From an uncultured Gemmatimonadales bacterium (lineage in GTDB: Bacteria; Gemmatimonadota; Gemmatimonadetes; Gemmatimonadales; GWC2-71-9): 64,000 bases of DNA. A model generated the notes under the pieces. That model was given only the letters and a program-made list of their open reading frames with translations. It made no database searches and had not been told where the DNA came from. Each line of letters starts with the position of its first letter. The first letter of the stretch is position 1. This document shows, piece after piece, positions 47,687 through 56,896 of the stretch. The translations under genes were made by a program, and so were the position numbers. Location: contig CAWJIM010000021.1 in assembly GCA_963842945.1 (NCBI GenBank), positions 224,001 through 288,000 of the forward strand, written 5' to 3'.

Positions 47687-48750
47687 CAATCACCAACCCG
47701 CCCCACATACTCCACCACCGGTGTGGTCAGATACTTGGTCCGCGCTGCCTTGACGATCACCCGCAGGGTGAGCTCCTGCAGCGCCGGCAGCGTCCCGAAC
47801 TCGCCTGCCTGACTCGGAGTCACCGTGACATACACGAACCCCGGCTCCGGCAGCGGCCCTCTGGTGAGCAGGTAGTTTTGCCCCTTCCTCATCTCGGTCC
47901 GCAGCTCGTCGGCGGTCTGCACCGAAATGAGCTGCAGCCGCCATTCCAACATCTTTCCGACGTACCGGGGCGGATCGGATCGGACATCGGCTGCGGTGAT
48001 GCCGGTGAGCGCGCCCCCCGCTGCTTCTTCGAGATCGGCCTCACGCACCCAGCCCTCGACCCGGACCCGGACCCACTCGCCGGAACGTCCCATCACCCGG
48101 GCCGGGGCACCGGTCTGCAGCCGGGCATAAGGTCCGCCCTGCGGTGTTGCATATAAAGGAGTCTCCCGCGAGACCGCGGCCCGATCAGAATCGGCCGCCG
48201 TGGAGCTCGTGGCTGATGCGGTTGAGGAAGCAGCAGGGGCTGGGCTCTGGGCCACGGAAGGGGTGTCCGCCGGCGCGGCAGAGTCCTCGGCGGCACGGCT
48301 GGGGGCAGAGCTGCTGACTGCAGTCCGGGGAACCCAACCGGCTCGGCTCACGTGGGTCCAGGTGCCCTGAGTCTCCCGTTTGCGAAACAGGGCACCGTTT
48401 CGAGCCCGGCCGATTACCTGGCCATTGGGCGACTCCCGGATGTTCTCTCCGCCGCTTGCGGTCACGACCAGATCGAACCCGTCACGATTGGTCGGGGCCA
48501 TGGAGCTGGTGAAAATCCAGCCGTCTACTTCGACCTCGTGCCAATCGCCACGGGCCTCCCCAGCTTCCACTTCGGTGCCGGCAGGCAGCGAAACCAGCGG
48601 GGTGCCGTCCGGCTCCTTCCGGAGCCGGGTGTCACTGGAAATTTCGCTTTGATCTTGAGCCTGAAGCGGGAGTGCCAGCACCAATGAAACCGCGGTTACG
48701 CAGGCTGGTAGCCAACGCAGGGCCGGACTAGATTGCGGCGCGTAAATCAC
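47686..48750 (-). CDS. Exported protein with three SH3b-like domains
   Basis: Signal peptide ending LQA-Q; three repeats ending GDWHEVEVDGWI, GTWTHVSRAGWV, GEWVRVRVEGWV; Ser/Ala/Pro linker. Confidence 0.75.
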   Translation of the reverse strand: MIYAPQSSPALRWLPACVTAVSLVLALPLQAQDQSEISSDTRLRKEPDGTPLVSLPAGTEVEAGEARGDWHEVEVDGWIFTSSMAPTNRDGFDLVVTASGGENIRESPNGQVIGRARNGALFRKRETQGTWTHVSRAGWVPRTAVSSSAPSRAAEDSAAPADTPSVAQSPAPAASSTASATSSTAADSDRAAVSRETPLYATPQGGPYARLQTGAPARVMGRSGEWVRVRVEGWVREADLEEAAGGALTGITAADVRSDPPRYVGKMLEWRLQLISVQTADELRTEMRKGQNYLLTRGPLPEPGFVYVTVTPSQAGEFGTLPALQELTLRVIVKAARTKYLTTPVVEYVGRVGD

Positions 48751-48780
48751 AGTGGCGCATTGTAGAACACGCGGAGACTC

Positions 48781-50331
48781 ATGTCAAACGGAAGCGCTCC
48801 ACGGGTAGTCCTCGTTGTGCTGGATGGTTGGGGCTACCGGACGGAGCGGGAGGGCAACGCCATCGAGTTGGCCTCCACGCCCAACTGGCATCGGCTCTGG
48901 CGATCGTATCCGCGCACTCTGCTCGAGGCCAGCGGCCTGGCCGTGGGCCTGCCTGAAGGGCAAATGGGCAACAGCGAGGTGGGCCACCTGAACCTCGGCG
49001 CCGGCAGGGTGGTGCCTCAGGACCTGGTCCGCATTTCCCAGAGCATCCAGAGCGGCGAGTTCTACCAGATCGAGCCTTTGGTGGAGCTGTGCGCCACACT
49101 GCGGCACACTGGCGGCACACTTCACCTCGTCGGCCTGCTCGGTCCCGGCGGGGTGCACGCTCTCGACCGACACCTGCTGGCCTGCGTTGAGCTCGGCATT
49201 CGACACCGGGTTCAGGCCATCGCAATCCATGGCTTTCTCGACGGCCGGGACTCGGCGCCGACCCTTGGCGCGGAGGTGGTTCGCACCCTGTTGATGGACA
49301 TGCGGCGGATCGCCGGGTCCAAGGTAGACATAGCCTCACTGACTGGGCGCTACTACGGCATGGACCGGGACCGGCGGTGGGACCGCACCAAGCTGGCGTA
49401 CGACGCCATGGTACACGGCATCGGAACCCCGGTGGAGCACCCCGTGCTCGCCATTCAAGCCGCCTACCAGAAAGGCGAAACGGACGAGTTCATCCAGCCG
49501 CGGGTACATGTTCGGAACGGGGTACCCGTCGCCACCATGCGCGACGGCGACGGTGTTCTGTTCTTCAATTATCGCAGTGACCGGATGCGCCAGATCGTGG
49601 CGGCGCTGGCGGTGGACGGCTTCGAGGGCTTCCCGGTTCGGAACCGGCCCCAGCTCTCCTGCGTCACCATGACCCAGTACGATCAGACCTTTGTCATTCC
49701 TCAGGCGTTTCCGCCTTTCAGCCTGGCGCGAATCCTGGCACAGGTGCTGGCGGAGCACGGCCTCACCCAGTTTCGTACCGCCGAAACCGAGAAGTATCCT
49801 CACGTCACCTATTTCTTCAACGGCGGCTATGAGCCGCCCTATCCGGGTGAAGAGCGCTGTCTCATTCCATCGCAGCGGGTCGCCACCTACGACATGGCCC
49901 CGGAGATGAGCGCCCCGGGAATTACCGACGCGCTGTGCCGCACGATTGAGAGCGGGAGCCATGACTTCATTCTGTGTAATTACGCCAACGCCGACATGGT
50001 GGGACACACAGGCGTGCTGCCGGCGGTCGTTCAGGCGGTGGAGACGGTCGACCAGTGTCTGGGACGGGTGCTCACCAGCGCAGATAAGGCGGGAGCCAGG
50101 GTGCTGATTACGGCCGATCACGGCAACTGCGAAATGATGATCGACCCAGCCACCGGAGGAGTTCACACGGCGCATACCACCAATCCGGTTCCGCTGGTTG
50201 CGATGGGCACCGGTGCCGCGTCGCTCCGGGCCGGTGGTTCGCTGCGGGACGTGGCCCCTACCGTCCTGGGTTTGCTCGGGGTCGAGCAGCCGGGAGAGAT
50301 GACGGGGCGGGACCTGAGAGAGTGCGACTGA
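48781..50331 (+). CDS. gpmI: 2,3-bisphosphoglycerate-independent phosphoglycerate mutase
   Basis: LDGWG, GQMGNSEVGH, GRYYGMDRD, AETEKYPHVT, NADMVGHTG, TADHGN, HTAHT. Confidence 0.98.
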   Translation: MSNGSAPRVVLVVLDGWGYRTEREGNAIELASTPNWHRLWRSYPRTLLEASGLAVGLPEGQMGNSEVGHLNLGAGRVVPQDLVRISQSIQSGEFYQIEPLVELCATLRHTGGTLHLVGLLGPGGVHALDRHLLACVELGIRHRVQAIAIHGFLDGRDSAPTLGAEVVRTLLMDMRRIAGSKVDIASLTGRYYGMDRDRRWDRTKLAYDAMVHGIGTPVEHPVLAIQAAYQKGETDEFIQPRVHVRNGVPVATMRDGDGVLFFNYRSDRMRQIVAALAVDGFEGFPVRNRPQLSCVTMTQYDQTFVIPQAFPPFSLARILAQVLAEHGLTQFRTAETEKYPHVTYFFNGGYEPPYPGEERCLIPSQRVATYDMAPEMSAPGITDALCRTIESGSHDFILCNYANADMVGHTGVLPAVVQAVETVDQCLGRVLTSADKAGARVLITADHGNCEMMIDPATGGVHTAHTTNPVPLVAMGTGAASLRAGGSLRDVAPTVLGLLGVEQPGEMTGRDLRECD

Positions 50332-51044
50332 TGCTGCGCGTGACAACCCTGGCCGTCATGGCTCTGGCACTCCACGTCACCAGCGTTGCGGGACAGGTGG
50401 GCCACGAGCCGCAGTCGTCGCCCTATCGAGACATCCGGAAGGGACACACCTTCACCGCCATCGGCGGTTATTTCGGGGGGGATGGCGGTGACTTCGGTAT
50501 CGCTCCCCACAACGGCCCGATGGTTGGCGGCCGCTATGACATCCGCACCGCGGACGCGATTCAAGTCGGACTCGGCATCGCCTACGGAAGCCTGGAGCGA
50601 TTCATCGTCAATCCGTTCGTCACCCTGGCCAATCGCCGCAGCGGACCGGTCCAACAGGATGTGATCTTTGCCGATCTGAATGTGCAGTTCAACATGACCG
50701 GCGGAAAAACCTGGCATCATATTGCACCCTTCATCGGCCTCGGCGGCGGTCTCGCTGCAGCATCCGACACTCCGGCCGATACCAGCGGATTCAGCTTTGG
50801 GTCGGAGTTCTACCTGTCGCCCAGCGTGGGCCTCCGCGTGTTCCTGGGCGACCGGCTCCACCTCCGCGGCGAAGCGCGGGCGACCTTCTGGAAGGTGGAT
50901 TATCCCACCACATTTATTCAGGAGCCGGTGGAGGAGCCGGGTACCCCGGGCAATTCCAACGCGGTGATCCCCAGTGGCAAGCTGGATGAATGGACCTCCA
51001 GCTCCTGGCTGCAGGCCGGGCTGGGGTATTCGTTCTCGCTCTGA
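50331..51044 (+). CDS. Small outer-membrane beta-barrel protein
   Basis: Signal peptide, alternating beta-strands (APFIGLGGG, SVGLRVF), C-terminal LQAGLGYSFSL beta-signal. TGATG coupling to gpmI. Confidence 0.7.
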   Translation: MLRVTTLAVMALALHVTSVAGQVGHEPQSSPYRDIRKGHTFTAIGGYFGGDGGDFGIAPHNGPMVGGRYDIRTADAIQVGLGIAYGSLERFIVNPFVTLANRRSGPVQQDVIFADLNVQFNMTGGKTWHHIAPFIGLGGGLAAASDTPADTSGFSFGSEFYLSPSVGLRVFLGDRLHLRGEARATFWKVDYPTTFIQEPVEEPGTPGNSNAVIPSGKLDEWTSSSWLQAGLGYSFSL

Positions 51045-51463
51045 TGCCTGCGTCGTTGACCCGAACGGTCAACTTCAGGGCCACCCACCGGTACTTCCGG
51101 CCGGATTGGACCGAGGCCCGCAATCGCGAGGTCTTCGGGCCGCTGGCCGAGCCGCCCGGACATGGGCACGATTACCAGTGCGCCGTCACGGTCGCCGGAT
51201 CGATCAATCCCAGCGGAATGCTGGTCGACCTGGGGCTGCTCGATAGCGTTTTGAATGAAGAGGTGGTGCAGCCGTTGATGGGGAAACACTTGAATCTGGA
51301 CGTGCCCGCTTTCGCGTACGGGCAAACCCTGCCGACCTGTGAGGCGATTGCCGCCTACCTGTTTCCCCGCATCGCCGCTCGCCTGCCACGGGACGTAGTG
51401 TTGGAGCGAGTGCGCATCATGGAGGACCCCACGTTGTATGGCGACTGTACCGGACTCGACTGA
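51044..51463 (+). CDS. 6-pyruvoyl-tetrahydropterin synthase/QueD-family protein lacking the catalytic Cys
   Basis: FRATHRY, NREVFG, GHGHDY, GMLVDL, HLNLDV, PTCEAIA, RIMED; T-fold zinc ligands present. Confidence 0.85.
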   Translation: MPASLTRTVNFRATHRYFRPDWTEARNREVFGPLAEPPGHGHDYQCAVTVAGSINPSGMLVDLGLLDSVLNEEVVQPLMGKHLNLDVPAFAYGQTLPTCEAIAAYLFPRIAARLPRDVVLERVRIMEDPTLYGDCTGLD

Positions 51464-52211
51464 CCTGAGTCAGCCAACCAAGCGCGGCGGACGGATGTCC
51501 GAGGATGCCGCGGTCGAAGAGGTGCCGGTGTGGCTGCAGGTGAACGGCCGTCCGGTCGTTACCTGGATGTGCACGCCCGATTTGCTGGAGGAGCTGGCGA
51601 TCGGCTGGCTTCACGGCGAAGGCTACATCGATTCCATTGACCAGGTGCACCTGCGTCCTTGCGCCACCGATCTTGGATTCTGGGCCGAAGTCCCGGAGGA
51701 GAGGCTGCTCGCCGTGCAGGGCGAAGGCCGACGGTCTGTGTTGGCATCGGGCTGTGGTGCCGTCTCCACCTTTCTGGCGGACCCTGCCACCATCGAGGCT
51801 CAGCCGGCGCGCGGCGTCGTCCCGGAAGTCGACCAGTTGCGGGCCCTGTTCAAGGCGCTGTTCGCCAAGGGCGAACGGTACAAGGACACCGGAGGCATTC
51901 ATGCCGCCGCGCTGGTTGACGCCGCCTCGCCGGAGCTGGTCGCCCACGCCGAGGACATCGGCCGCCACAACGCGGTGGACAAGTCGCTGGGAGCCGCGCT
52001 GCTGGCCCGCCGCCCCGTCCAGGGCCTGGGACTCCTGGTGACCGGACGCATTTCGGCGGAGCTGGCATTCAAGGCCGCGCGCGCCGGCCTGGCGTACGTG
52101 GCCACGCCATCGGTTCCCTCCACCCTGGCCGTCGAGATCGCCCGGAGAAGCGGCATGATTTTGGTGGGCCGGGCGGTGAGCGGTCATCCCCAGCGCCACG
52201 GAGCCCGCTGA
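51438..52211 (+). CDS. fdhD: Formate dehydrogenase accessory sulfurtransferase (alternative start 51495)
   Basis: VEEVP, ELAIGWL, SGCG, TGGIHAAAL, EDIGRHNAVDK, TGRISAE. Confidence 0.93.
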   Translation: MATVPDSTDLSQPTKRGGRMSEDAAVEEVPVWLQVNGRPVVTWMCTPDLLEELAIGWLHGEGYIDSIDQVHLRPCATDLGFWAEVPEERLLAVQGEGRRSVLASGCGAVSTFLADPATIEAQPARGVVPEVDQLRALFKALFAKGERYKDTGGIHAAALVDAASPELVAHAEDIGRHNAVDKSLGAALLARRPVQGLGLLVTGRISAELAFKAARAGLAYVATPSVPSTLAVEIARRSGMILVGRAVSGHPQRHGAR

Positions 52212-52213
52212 GG

Positions 52214-52630
52214 GTGCCACCCGACAGGACCCGCCTGGCAGAGCTCGTCGGAAACGCACGTCGGATCGCCGTAGTCGGCCTCAGCCGAAAGCCTGACCGA
52301 CCCAGTCACGGAGTAGCCGCGTATCTGCAGCGAGCGGGCTACACTATCATCCCGGTCCACCCCGCTGGAGGCGTGACTTTGGGCGAGCCCGTGCATCCCG
52401 ATCTCCGCTCCGCCGCGGCTGCAGCGGGTCCCATCGACATCGTAAATATTTTCCGCCGGTCGGAGCACATTCCGGCCTTGCTGGAACAGCTGCTCGAGGT
52501 CAGGCCGCAGCTGGTCTGGATGCAGGTAGGCATTCGCCATCCTGAGGTTGCCCGCAAGCTGGATGAGGCAGGGATCGCGGTGGTAATGGATCGCTGTCTC
52601 GCGGTAGACCACCAATTCCTGGGGGACTGA
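52214..52630 (+). CDS. CoA-binding protein (YccU-like)
   Basis: IAVVGLSRKPDRPS, IDIVNIFRR, VWMQVGI, VVMDRC. Confidence 0.92.
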   Translation: MPPDRTRLAELVGNARRIAVVGLSRKPDRPSHGVAAYLQRAGYTIIPVHPAGGVTLGEPVHPDLRSAAAAAGPIDIVNIFRRSEHIPALLEQLLEVRPQLVWMQVGIRHPEVARKLDEAGIAVVMDRCLAVDHQFLGD

Positions 52631-53427
52631 TGGCGGTCCGGAGGCTCGTCTGCGGAACCCTGGCGCTGGTGGGCTGCCTCTGGGCGCACCCGGGCTGGGG
52701 CCAGACCAAAGACCAGGCCCGGCTGATATTCACCATTTCCGGTGGAGTGGTCCGAGGCACCGATCTCTGGGAGGTGGATGCTCAACCGGTCCAGTTCATC
52801 ACGCCGACTGACACCATGGCGTTGGGCCGACAGATTCGGTCCAGTCTCGCGCTCGGCTTCGCGGGAACCTATTTCCCCGGAGACAATCTCGGGGTTGCGG
52901 CAGAAGCCTTTCTGATCGGATTGGGATTCGAAGACAGCTGCCGCATGGTATTCTCCTCCGGAGCCTCTGACGTCATCACCACCTGTGAGTCCATTCAGGG
53001 CGCCACCAAATCGGCGAGTGCAGTCTCGCTCTCGGCAGGGCCGGTGTACCGCTTCAACAGCCGCAACCTGTTCTCGCCCTACTTCCGGGCCAATCTCGGC
53101 GTGGTTTTCAGCAACCAGAGCTCGATCCGAATGGTGGGACACTTCCCCACCTCCGAGGGCGAGGCGGATCTGATCATCTACGACGACGACCACGAGTCTC
53201 GGGTTGAGCCCCAATTCACACTCGGGGCGGGGTTCACTGCGGCCATTGCCCCCGGCTACCAGCTTCGGTGGGAAATTCGGGATAACATCACCGGCGTGCA
53301 GACGGTCACGGCCGCAACCCCCCAGGCCCGAACCATCCCACCGCACGAGGTCACTTTCAAGCATCTGTTCAGCTTGTCTATCGGCTTCGATGTGGTGCTG
53401 GAGCGGAGGAAGGGGAGAAGGTATTGA
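52630..53427 (+). CDS. Probable outer-membrane beta-barrel protein
   Basis: Signal peptide, beta-strands (SPYFRANLGV, FTLGAGF, QLRWEIRD, SLSIGFDVVL), Cys pair, basic tail ERRKGRRY. Confidence 0.6.
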   Translation: MAVRRLVCGTLALVGCLWAHPGWGQTKDQARLIFTISGGVVRGTDLWEVDAQPVQFITPTDTMALGRQIRSSLALGFAGTYFPGDNLGVAAEAFLIGLGFEDSCRMVFSSGASDVITTCESIQGATKSASAVSLSAGPVYRFNSRNLFSPYFRANLGVVFSNQSSIRMVGHFPTSEGEADLIIYDDDHESRVEPQFTLGAGFTAAIAPGYQLRWEIRDNITGVQTVTAATPQARTIPPHEVTFKHLFSLSIGFDVVLERRKGRRY

Positions 53428-54050
53428 GCGAAGCTGAGGGAGTTCGAGGGGCAATTTTAGCGGGGGGCGGCGCCACGCGGTTCGGTGGAAAGCCCAAAGG
53501 ACTGGAGCTGGTGGGTGGGCAGCGCATTCTCGATCGGCTGGTGCGCACGATGGAAGAAGCGCTCGGCGAGCCTCCGCTTCTCGTTGCCAACGCTCCGGAT
53601 GCCGCCGGGTGGCGGCCCGATCTCCGCACCGTGAGCGACCTGCGCCCGGGACTCGGCTCGCTCGGCGGCATCTACACCGCCGTGGTCGCGGCGCCCGGCA
53701 CCGGTGGTGTGCGTCGCCTGGGACATGCCCTTCGTCTCGCACACTCTGGTCCGCGCTCTGGCGCTGGGCCTGGCCGAGTACGATGCCATGCTGCCGCAGA
53801 GCGACGGGCGCCGAGGGGTTGAGCCGCTCTGCGCCGCCTACGGTCCGGCGTGCGCCCGGCAATCTCCGCCAGTCTGGACCAGGGTGACCTTCGCGCCATC
53901 GGCTTCCACCCGTTGATACGAGTCGGTATCCTCCCCCTGAACCGGATCCGGACGCTGGCCGATCCCGACCTGCTCTTCTTCAATGTGAACACCGCGGATG
54001 ACCTCGCACGGGCGGACGAGCTGTGGCGGCAACACGCATCATCTCCGTAA
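53424..54050 (+). CDS. mobA: Molybdenum cofactor guanylyltransferase (2 frameshifts)
   Basis: ILAGGGATRFGGKPK, GSLGGIYTA, VAWDMPF, EPLCAAY, FFNVNTADDL across three frames. Confidence 0.9.
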
Positions 54051-54559
54051 TTGGCCGAAAGAACGCCGGCAAAACCACCCTGACGGTGGCTCTGGTCAGC
54101 GAACTGGTTCGTCGAGGCCACCGCGTAATGACCATCAAGCACGGCCATCACCCTGCCGATGCCGACCGGCCGGGCAGCGATACCTGGCGTCACTTTCACG
54201 AGGGCCACGCTGAGCGGGTACTGATCGCTTCACCTGACCTTCGAGTCCTGTTCGAGCGCAGTCCGGACGACTACGACCCCGATCGGCATTGGCTCGGCAC
54301 TACATGCACGGCGCCGACATCGTGCTCACCGAGGGGTACAAGTCGTCGGCTCTTCCCAAGATCGAAGTGTTCCGCCGGGCGGCATCGAGCACTCCACTCT
54401 ATCGATCCCGCGGCGACGAATGCGGGTCAGTGGGTTGCGGTAGTCACAGATGACCCGGATTTCAGGGCCGACTGCGCCGTACTCCATTTCCACGACACAA
54501 TCTGGCTCCAGTTGCTCGCCAACCTGGCATGGGATCGCTCGCTCATCCTCGACCAGTGA
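54023..54559 (+). CDS. mobB: Molybdopterin-guanine dinucleotide biosynthesis protein B (internal compensating frameshifts)
   Basis: GRKNAGKTT, IKHGHH, GSDTWRH; ADIVLTEGYK...PKIEVFR in a shifted frame. Confidence 0.9.
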   Translation: MAATRIISVIGRKNAGKTTLTVALVSELVRRGHRVMTIKHGHHPADADRPGSDTWRHFHEGHAERVLIASPDLRVLFERSPDDYDPDRHWLGTTCTAPTSCSPRGTSRRLFPRSKCSAGRHRALHSIDPAATNAGQWVAVVTDDPDFRADCAVLHFHDTIWLQLLANLAWDRSLILDQ

Positions 54560-55810
54560 GCGCGCCGCTGAGCGCCGCGGAGGCAGCGGAGCGCATCCTG
54601 GATGAGGTGCGTCGGCAGCCCACCCTGCGAATCCCGCTGGACGACGCCCTGGGGAGTGTACTCGCCGAGGATGTGGTGAGCCGCGCTGGACATTCCCGCC
54701 TGGACCAACTCAGCCATGGACGGCTATGCCGCGCGGGGGAGCGACGTGCGGGGAGCGAGTCAGAGCCAACCGGTTCGGCTCCGGGTGATCGAGCAGCTGC
54801 CGGCAGGACACTTCCCTTCCCGATCGATCGGTCCTGGCGAATGCGCCCGCATCTTCACCGGCGCGCCGCTCCCCGAAGGGGCCGACAGCGTGATCCGGCA
54901 GGAGGACACGGATGGCGGCGCGGACTCCGTCACCATTCTGAACGACCGAGATGTCGGGGTGAACATCCGGCGGGTGGGGGAGGACATCCGGAAGGGCAGC
55001 ACGGTGCTGCATTCGGGAGCCGAGCTGGGACCCGCACAGCTGGGCGTGCTGGCGTCGCTCGCCGTAGCTCATCCGCTGGTCTACCGCAGGCCGAGGGTCG
55101 CGATCCTGGGAAGTGGCGACGAGATCGTGGATATCGACCAGCCCGAAGCGATTCTCAGCGGCCGGAAGATCGCCAGCAGCAACACGCATACCCTCGTGGC
55201 CCTGGTGCGACAGGCAGGCGGTGAGCCGGTCAATCTGGGTATTGCCCGGGACACGCCGGAGAGTCTAAAGGACCACCTCGCGCGGGCACGGGACTGCGAT
55301 CTCCTCGTCACCACCGCCGGCATCAGTGTGGGCGAACACGATTACGTTCGCGCGGTGCTGGAGGAACTCGGAGGAGAGCTTCGCTTCTGGAGGCTACGGA
55401 TGCGTCCTGGTGCACCCGTTGGCTTCGGACTCCTGGACGAGAAGCCCTGGATCGGGTTGCCGGGCAACCCGGTGAGCACCATGGTCACCTTCGAGCTGTT
55501 TGTGCGCCCGGCTATCCGAAAGATGATGGGCCACGCTCTGCCCTTCCGCCGCTCGGTCAAGGTCACCGCAGCCGAGCCGATCAACGTCAAGCCGAAGCTA
55601 CAGCACTTCCTGAGAGGAGTGGTGACTGAGAACAGAGGGGGACCGGAGGCCAGACTGACCGGCCCCCAAGGCTCCGGCATTCTCACGTCGATGGTGCAGG
55701 CCAACGCTCTGCTGATCATCCCGGAAGGCCAGTTCGAGACGGCCACCGGCGCCACCCTCGATGCCCTGATCCTGAACGATCCGGTGCACCAGGGTCGGCC
55801 CGGGTTTTAG
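54556..55810 (+). CDS. moeA: Molybdopterin molybdotransferase (1 frameshift near 54686)
   Basis: VLAED, NSAMDGYA, IFTGAPLP, QED, SGDE, GLPGNPVS, QGSGIL. Confidence 0.96.
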
Positions 55811-55845
55811 CCGCCACCTCCTGCTTTTTGCCTCAATCACCCTCG

Positions 55846-55874
55846 TTGACGATAACCTGTCGGGTCGGTAACTT
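55846..55874 (+). promoter_or_regulatory. Sigma70 promoter of the riboswitch-htpX-terC transcript
   Basis: TTGACG-N17-TAACTT, about 10 nt upstream of the aptamer. Confidence 0.75.
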
Positions 55875-55883
55875 TATGCCCTG

Positions 55884-55998
55884 AGAAGGGGAGTAGCTTA
55901 TCCGCCGGATGGCGGACGGATGGATCGTCAGGACTGTTCGCCCAGTGCGGGCACGGTCCATTTGGAAGGCGGCAGGAAGCCTTAGAGCGAGACCTTCG
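55884..55998 (+). ncRNA. yybP-ykoY (Mn2+) riboswitch aptamer
   Basis: Signatures AAGGGGAGTAGC, CGTCAGGAC, ACGG and GCGAGACCTT. Helices GAAGG/CCTTC, TCCGCC/GGCGGA, ATGGA/TCCAT, GCCC/GGGC, AAGGC/GCCTT. TerC gene downstream. Confidence 0.9.
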
Positions 55999-56039
55999 TC
56001 CACGCGAAAGCGGAGCGGACGGGGTCTCGCTCTTTTTTT
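55984..56039 (+). terminator. Intrinsic terminator overlapping the 3' strand of the aptamer (expression platform)
   Basis: AGAGCGAGACCTTCGTCC pairs with GGACGGGGTCTCGCTCT, followed by a T-tract ending at 56039. Confidence 0.88.
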
Positions 56040-56059
56040 AGACCCCACCAGGGGGACGT

Positions 56060-56896
56060 ATGAACAACGTCAAGACCTTTGTACTCATGGCCGGGTTGCT
56101 CGGCCTGTTCCTGCTGGCCGGCCAGCTCATCGGCGGCTCCAGCGGACTCCTGGCCGCGCTGGTCATCGGCAGTCTCTTCAACTTCATGATGTACTTCTTC
56201 TCCGACCGGCTGGTGCTCCGGATGTACGGGGCGCAGGTGGTGACCGCCCAGGAGGCGCCGGAGCTCTACGCCATGGTGGATCGGCTCCGGCAGAGGGCCG
56301 GACTTCCGATGCCCACGGTGGCGGTGGCGCCCCACGAGCAGCCCAATGCCTTCGCCACCGGCCGCAGTCCCGATCACGCGGTGGTGGCGGTGACCACCGG
56401 CATCCTCAAGTACATGCCGCAGGACGAGCTCGAGGGCGTCATTGCCCACGAGCTGGCGCACATCAAGAACCGGGACATGCTGATCTCGACCGTGGCGGCG
56501 GGCATTGCCGGCGCGCTCAGCAACCTTCCCTATCTGCTGATGTTCGGCGGTGGCAGGGACGACGAAGGCGGACACCCGTTCGCCCAGCTCGCCTTGCTCC
56601 TGCTGGCTCCGCTTGGCGCGATGCTGATTCAGTTTGCCGTATCCCGGCAGCGGGAGTTCGAGGCTGACCGGGTGGGAGCCTTGATCCTGGGCCGGCCCCA
56701 GCCGCTGGCGCACGCGCTGGTCCGGCTCGACTCGCTCGCCCACCAGATTCCCATGCAGGTAGCGCCTGCTGCGGCACCGCTGGCTCAGGTCAATCCGCTG
56801 GCCGCCCGGGGCGGAGGGCTAGCCAAGCTGTTCAGCACTCACCCGCCCACAGCTGAACGGGTGGCTCGGCTCGACGCTATGGCCCAGGCCCGCTAA
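56060..56896 (+). CDS. htpX: Membrane zinc metalloprotease HtpX (M48B)
   Basis: YFFSDR, PNAFATGR, HELAH, SRQREFEAD, LFSTHPP. Confidence 0.95.
   Translation: MNNVKTFVLMAGLLGLFLLAGQLIGGSSGLLAALVIGSLFNFMMYFFSDRLVLRMYGAQVVTAQEAPELYAMVDRLRQRAGLPMPTVAVAPHEQPNAFATGRSPDHAVVAVTTGILKYMPQDELEGVIAHELAHIKNRDMLISTVAAGIAGALSNLPYLLMFGGGRDDEGGHPFAQLALLLLAPLGAMLIQFAVSRQREFEADRVGALILGRPQPLAHALVRLDSLAHQIPMQVAPAAAPLAQVNPLAARGGGLAKLFSTHPPTAERVARLDAMAQAR

Noticed and set aside
53424..55810. Pseudogenisation or programmed frameshifting of mobA, mobB and moeA
   Set aside because: Indels lie in an error-dense block, motifs are intact, and no slippery site with a stimulatory structure was seen.
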